From Candidatus Omnitrophota bacterium (GTDB lineage Bacteria > Omnitrophota > Gorgyraeia > JABMRG01 > JAFGKX01): DNA of 10,698 bases. The position numbers and the translations under genes were made by a program. Of the stretch, positions 6,597 to 10,698 are shown piece after piece (the first letter of the stretch is position 1; each line of letters starts with the position of its first letter). The stretch lies in NCBI GenBank assembly GCA_020354945.1, contig CP070655.1:292767-303464 (forward strand). Direction: 5' to 3'. Under the pieces are notes generated by a model. It was given only the letters and a program-made list of their open reading frames with translations. It did no database searches and was not told the DNA's origin.

Positions 6597-7853
6597 TAGG
6601 GAAAAGTTTGCATCTGTCCCAATTTTTATAAATTTGCCCATCCATTCATCTGGTCCGGGAAAAGTCAACTTTATATATGTATCAGTATAGCCGCATAATT
6701 TGCCGGTTTTTTTATCCCGGGTATTTTCAACCAAAATAGGCTGGGGTCTGCTCTTTGAACGCTCGATGTAACTCCTCGCTAAAGCATCGGTTAGCTTCTT
6801 AAGAATTGTATATCTTTGTTTTATGTTATCTTTATTTACATCCGGCCCTAAATTAAACGCATTGGTACCTTTTCTTTTGTTATATGAAAATATATGGGTT
6901 CGCATAGGTTCTATTTTCTTTATACATTTTAGAGTGTTCTTGAATGCTTCATCCGTTTCTCCTGGAAAACCAACAATAACATCTGTGCTAATGGCAATAC
7001 CTGGAATCGCTTTTTTTATTTTTTTGATCTTTTCTATAAATTCATCGGATGAATATTTGCGATTCATCTTTCTTAAAATTTCGTCATCACCGCTTTGAAG
7101 CGGTATGTGTAAATGATTACATATCTTGTTATGGTTTTTAATAACATCTATTAGGTCCTCTGTTATATCCTGCAACTGAACAGAGCTTAATCGTATTCTA
7201 AAATCACCATCAAAGGAAACTATTGCTATAAGGATATCCGCTAAAGCAATCGTTGTATCTAGGTCTTTACCATAAGCACCTAAACAAATCCCTGATAATA
7301 CCAATTCCTTATAATTATTTTTTAGCAGGCTTTTTGCCTCATGAATTATCTCTTGCTTTTCTCTGCTTTTAGGTGCACCGCGAACATAAGGAACCTTGCA
7401 ATAGGAGCAAAAGTTATCACAACCGTCCTGGATCTTTATGAAGGCTTTGGTGTGACCGTAGAAGTGGGTAATGAAAAATGGGGACTGTCCCGTTTTTGCC
7501 TTTGTAACTATGTCAGCGAAAACAGGGACTGTCCCTATTTTTCCCTTATCTTTGTTTGGCAGGATTATTATCTTATCATCTATCTCTTTAATAATATCGG
7601 CGTCTTTTTCAACATAACAGCCGGCTGCAACTATAGTGGCCTTGGGATTCTCTTTAATACTGTGGCGGATAAAACGGCGGGATTCCCTATCAGCACTGGC
7701 AGTAACAGTGCAGGTATTTACGATATATAAATCAGCCGGAGTATTGGAATTTGCTTCTTTTAGCCCGGCTCTTAACAACTCCTCCAGAATCAGTTGCGTT
7801 TCATACTGGTTTACTTTACAACCGAGTGTGTAAAATTTAAAAGTTTTCACCAC
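6588..7853 (-). CDS. mtaB: tRNA t6A37 methylthiotransferase MtaB (radical SAM)
   Basis: UPF0004 domain (TLGCKVNQYET, VNTCTVT, AGCY), radical SAM motif KIQDGCDNFCSYC, HLHIPLQSG, DVIVGFPGET and a partial TRAM domain. It follows rsmE as is usual. GTG start at 7853 or 7850. Confidence 0.93.
   Translation of the reverse strand: MVKTFKFYTLGCKVNQYETQLILEELLRAGLKEANSNTPADLYIVNTCTVTASADRESRRFIRHSIKENPKATIVAAGCYVEKDADIIKEIDDKIIILPNKDKGKIGTVPVFADIVTKAKTGQSPFFITHFYGHTKAFIKIQDGCDNFCSYCKVPYVRGAPKSREKQEIIHEAKSLLKNNYKELVLSGICLGAYGKDLDTTIALADILIAIVSFDGDFRIRLSSVQLQDITEDLIDVIKNHNKICNHLHIPLQSGDDEILRKMNRKYSSDEFIEKIKKIKKAIPGIAISTDVIVGFPGETDEAFKNTLKCIKKIEPMRTHIFSYNKRKGTNAFNLGPDVNKDNIKQRYTILKKLTDALARSYIERSKSRPQPILVENTRDKKTGKLCGYTDTYIKLTFPGPDEWMGKFIKIGTDANFSLLQ
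7474..7542. repeat. Paired GGGACTGTCCC palindromes (REP-like) in frame within mtaB
   Basis: aaaaatg-GGGACTGTCCC-gttttt (core 7481-7491) and aaaaca-GGGACTGTCCC-tattttt (core 7525-7535). The segment translates as KIGTVPVFADIVTKAKTGQSPFF. Confidence 0.8.
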
Positions 7854-7915
7854 GCACCTTTTATTTATTTACCCCGCCCATTTTTAATACCTTTGAATAT
7901 TAAAAAGGTGCGGGG
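7853..7915. repeat. Hairpin/REP-like element with a duplicated arm over the mtaB SD
   Basis: Inverted pairs ccccgc 7872-7877 / gcgggg 7910-7915 and tttttaata 7881-7889 / tattaaaaa 7898-7906. An extra arm copy cgcacctttt at 7853-7862 is perfectly complementary to 7903-7912. Confidence 0.7.
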
Positions 7916-7921
7916 CTCATT

Positions 7922-8647
7922 TTAAAAAATCTCGGACATTACCAAAGACAAGGCAAAAATAGCAGCGGTATCAACCCTTAACACCAGCGGGCCTAAAGAG
8001 ACAGGAATAAAACCAGCATTTATTGCAAGTTCAATTTCAGAAGAGGTAAAATCTCCTTCAGGGCCTATCAGTATTAAAACCGCATCTGATTGCAGCTTAG
8101 ATAAAACACCCTTTATTGGTCTGGTTTTATCAAAAATGCAGGGGATTAATTTTGTTTTATATCTGTTAGAATTTTTTATAACTTCACCAAATTTCTTAAT
8201 CTCGCTTACTTTAAGAATTTGGTCTCTTCCACACTGCTTGGATGATTCTATTGCTATCCTTTTCCAATGGCTTATCTTTGACTTTGCCCTTTGCTCGTTT
8301 AGCTTAACTTCTGTTCTGTCTGTCTGCATTGGAATTAAATTTTTCACTCCGAGCTCTGTCGCTTTCTGAACTATATAATCCATCCTGGATAGTTTCGGTA
8401 TTGCGCAGGCCAATGTAACATCCTGCATCTTAAGAGAGGATTTTTGCTTGCGTTCAATTACCGCTTTTACCTTATCCTTATTTATATTTTTAATTCTGCA
8501 GATATATTGAAATCCATCTTTATCAAATCCTATAAAACTATCATCTGGTTTTAATCTTATTACATCTCTTATATGGTGGGCTTCTTTGCCTGTTATAACT
8601 AAACCTTCCTTGGTAATATTGCTCTTGTCTATAAAAAATCTTCTCAT
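7922..8647 (-). CDS. rsmE: 16S rRNA m3U1498 methyltransferase RsmE
   Basis: MRRFF, HHIRDVIRL, QKATELGV, SSKQCGR, LIGPEGDF and SLGPLVLRVDTA (SPOUT motifs). ATGA overlap with the upstream gene. Confidence 0.96.
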   Translation of the reverse strand: MRRFFIDKSNITKEGLVITGKEAHHIRDVIRLKPDDSFIGFDKDGFQYICRIKNINKDKVKAVIERKQKSSLKMQDVTLACAIPKLSRMDYIVQKATELGVKNLIPMQTDRTEVKLNEQRAKSKISHWKRIAIESSKQCGRDQILKVSEIKKFGEVIKNSNRYKTKLIPCIFDKTRPIKGVLSKLQSDAVLILIGPEGDFTSSEIELAINAGFIPVSLGPLVLRVDTAAIFALSLVMSEIF

Positions 8648-9321
8648 GTTGTTTTAATAAATCCTAATACAGTTCTCACTAATATATGAGCACCCAATAA
8701 AAACAATATTGCTCCCGCTATTCGCTGAAACCAGGCGTATGTTCTTTCATTCTGTAATATCTTAAGTTTGGGTAGTAAACCAGTTCCTAGACCTAAAATT
8801 ATCAATGGTGAAATCACAGTTCCCAATCCGAACGAAAGAGCTAATATAATACCTTGATAGAAGCGAATGGATACCATTGAAATATAAGAAAGGATGCCAA
8901 TAAGTGGGGCGCAAGGAAATAAACCTATTATAATACCTAATCCAATGATGCTTTTAGTATCTCTTTTTATGAAAATACCCTGTAATCTATTACAAATTCT
9001 GGAGTGAATATTTTTGCCTGCCATTATTAAAATGCCAAGCAGACAAATAAAAACTCCTCCAAGAAACCATACGATAAATCCTTTAGTTTCCCAGTAATAC
9101 GACTGGTATAGACTGCTGCCTATTATGCCTGCTAATGCTCCTAAGGCAGCATATATAAGTGCCCTGCTTATAGAAAAAATAAACCAGCACTTTAAAGCGC
9201 CTACAGGGCCTTTCTTTGTCGCTGCTATATAAGATATCAATATAGGGCCACAAGTTACCAAACACGGTCCTGCTCCTAATACAACGCCGGTTGTAAAAAG
9301 GCTGAAAGCTATCCTTATCAT
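8644..9321 (-). CDS. DsbD/CcdA-like (TauE/SafE, UreH-like) six-TM membrane protein with conserved cysteines
   Basis: Six hydrophobic segments with GAGPCLVTCGP in TM1, LFPCAPL in TM4 and FGLGT in TM5. The start is placed at ATG 9321 (ATGA overlap with the upstream stop, GGAG at 9329-9326) rather than 9363. Confidence 0.75.
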   Translation of the reverse strand: MIRIAFSLFTTGVVLGAGPCLVTCGPILISYIAATKKGPVGALKCWFIFSISRALIYAALGALAGIIGSSLYQSYYWETKGFIVWFLGGVFICLLGILIMAGKNIHSRICNRLQGIFIKRDTKSIIGLGIIIGLFPCAPLIGILSYISMVSIRFYQGIILALSFGLGTVISPLIILGLGTGLLPKLKILQNERTYAWFQRIAGAILFLLGAHILVRTVLGFIKTT

Positions 9322-10698
9322 TTTTCTCCAAAAACTTCGGCTGTATAAATAAAGATTTCGCATTCGCCCTTTTTCCAGGCATCAGGGGGAAGTCCAGCCT
9401 TGTGCGCGCATAGACTATTCATAAACGTCTCTCTATCCCAGCCTGTCTCGGTAGCAACCTGAGGCAGGAATACTCCGCTTCTAAAACCACTCTGCACCAT
9501 AACGCCGTGTTTTCCCATTATTATTTTTGAGGGATCGCTTATCTTCTCCATTTGGGAAAGAACGGATATCTCAATATCTATAGTATCCAATTCATCTTTG
9601 GTAACTCCTGGAAATCGGGGATCCTGGGTAGAAGCTGCAATTGCCATATCCCTTACTGTAAGATAAAGAGGGCCTTTGCCTATCATATTGCCAATACAGC
9701 CTCTTAATTCTCCATACTTATGTAATGTAACAAATGCTCCAAGTTCTTTATTTAATACAGGGTCGCCTTCTTTAAATTCTAAGGTTTCTCCTTTTTTTAT
9801 ATAAGTCTCTAAAGTCTTCCTTGCAATCTCAAGCAACCTTTCCTTCTGTTCGTCATTAAGCAACTCTTCCATCTTCTTCTCCTTCTCTTCTTTAACTGAT
9901 AACCGATTGCTGATAACTGACGACTGATAAATCACCGCACTGCAATATCCGACCACCTGAGACTTATCAAAAGTAACATCGCCGGAAGTTGCATATTTTA
10001 ATACTTTTAATTTATCTGCGCCCAATTCCCTGGCAGCCATCATAACACCAATAAGACCTATACTATTGCAAGGCCTTTCACTATTGGACCAGGATAGGCA
10101 TTTTGCAAATAGGGTCTCCGGGTCAAATTTTTCCATCTCTTTTATGGTGCGCGCATCTATATTTCGGGCTTTTTCCTCCGGAAAAAAATGGGACATATCG
10201 GCGCTGGCGACTAAAAGTATCTTTTTGCCGCTTTTTTTAACAATGCTGCTTATGGCATCTCTTAACAAACAGCAGCTCTCATAGGAAAAATCACCGGTTA
10301 GAATTACTACAATCTTAAAATTTTTCAATGTCCTTTGTAAAAATGGTATTTCAACCTCTGCAGAATGCTCTACTCTAAAAGGCAATTCATAATATGATAT
10401 GTTCTTGTTATAAGCGACGATTTTCTTAGATATATCTTTATCAATAGCAACATTGCCAAGGGGGGTTTGATAAAAATCCTTGTCCAGCACCGATAATCCC
10501 TTAAAAGGTACCCTGTGGCTTAAGCCGACAACTACAACTGTATCAAATTTTTTATCTTTGATAATTTTTGCGCCATATCCTGCTACCCAACCAGAATACT
10601 TATAACCAGCGTGCGGTAAAATAATAGCTACAATTTCACCTTGAATCTCCTCCGGGTCTGCCCTGTCGATAAAACCATCTACTATATTTTTTAACACC
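9318..10698 (-). CDS. amrB: AmmeMemoRadiSam system protein B (MEMO1 family) fused to protein A (AMMECR1 family), 5' end outside the window
   Basis: MEMO motifs PHAGYKYSG, EHSAEVEIPFLQ, SADMSH and YATSGDV...VVGY, then AMMECR1 motifs GAFVTL...LRGCIG, DPRF, EISVLS, FLPQVA and KAGL, all in one frame open to the window edge. Confidence 0.92.
   Translation of the reverse strand, partial: VLKNIVDGFIDRADPEEIQGEIVAIILPHAGYKYSGWVAGYGAKIIKDKKFDTVVVVGLSHRVPFKGLSVLDKDFYQTPLGNVAIDKDISKKIVAYNKNISYYELPFRVEHSAEVEIPFLQRTLKNFKIVVILTGDFSYESCCLLRDAISSIVKKSGKKILLVASADMSHFFPEEKARNIDARTIKEMEKFDPETLFAKCLSWSNSERPCNSIGLIGVMMAARELGADKLKVLKYATSGDVTFDKSQVVGYCSAVIYQSSVISNRLSVKEEKEKKMEELLNDEQKERLLEIARKTLETYIKKGETLEFKEGDPVLNKELGAFVTLHKYGELRGCIGNMIGKGPLYLTVRDMAIAASTQDPRFPGVTKDELDTIDIEISVLSQMEKISDPSKIIMGKHGVMVQSGFRSGVFLPQVATETGWDRETFMNSLCAHKAGLPPDAWKKGECEIFIYTAEVFGEK
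9895..9929. repeat. Degenerate 7-bp tandem repeat x5 in the AmrB/AmrA linker
   Basis: actgata accgatt gctgata actgacg actgata, encoding YQSSVISNRLSV. Confidence 0.7.

Noticed and set aside
4838-10284. Remaining plus-strand ORFs and the minus-strand ORF 9083-9382
   Set aside because: All overlap well-supported minus-strand genes and have shadow-like composition.

Overview
AT-rich bacterial chromosomal window in which every credible gene lies on the minus strand. In transcription order: a 5'-truncated AmmeMemoRadiSam B+A (MEMO1/AMMECR1) fusion, a DsbD/CcdA/TauE-like membrane protein, rsmE, mtaB, a LacI-family regulator, a prepilin(GspG-like)/TonB-C-terminal chimera, a c-di-GMP-I (GEMM) riboswitch with its own promoter and terminator, cvpA (interrupted by an in-frame TAA), a NIF3-like gene, dnaG and a 3'-truncated rpoD that is missing from the ORF track. 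The protein styles suggest a PVC-group organism such as Ca. Omnitrophota, but this is only an impression. The main points of interest are (i) a c-di-GMP riboswitch whose only downstream genes are cvpA-NIF3-dnaG-rpoD, (ii) the pilin-TonB fusion, and (iii) several small repeat families inside genes or ribosome-binding sites: (RKK[K/E]T)x7 in RpoD, GGGACTGTCCC palindromes in mtaB, CCCGCACCT hairpin elements over two start sites, and a heptamer array in the AmrB/AmrA linker. No database searches were run, and all calls come from motif recognition.
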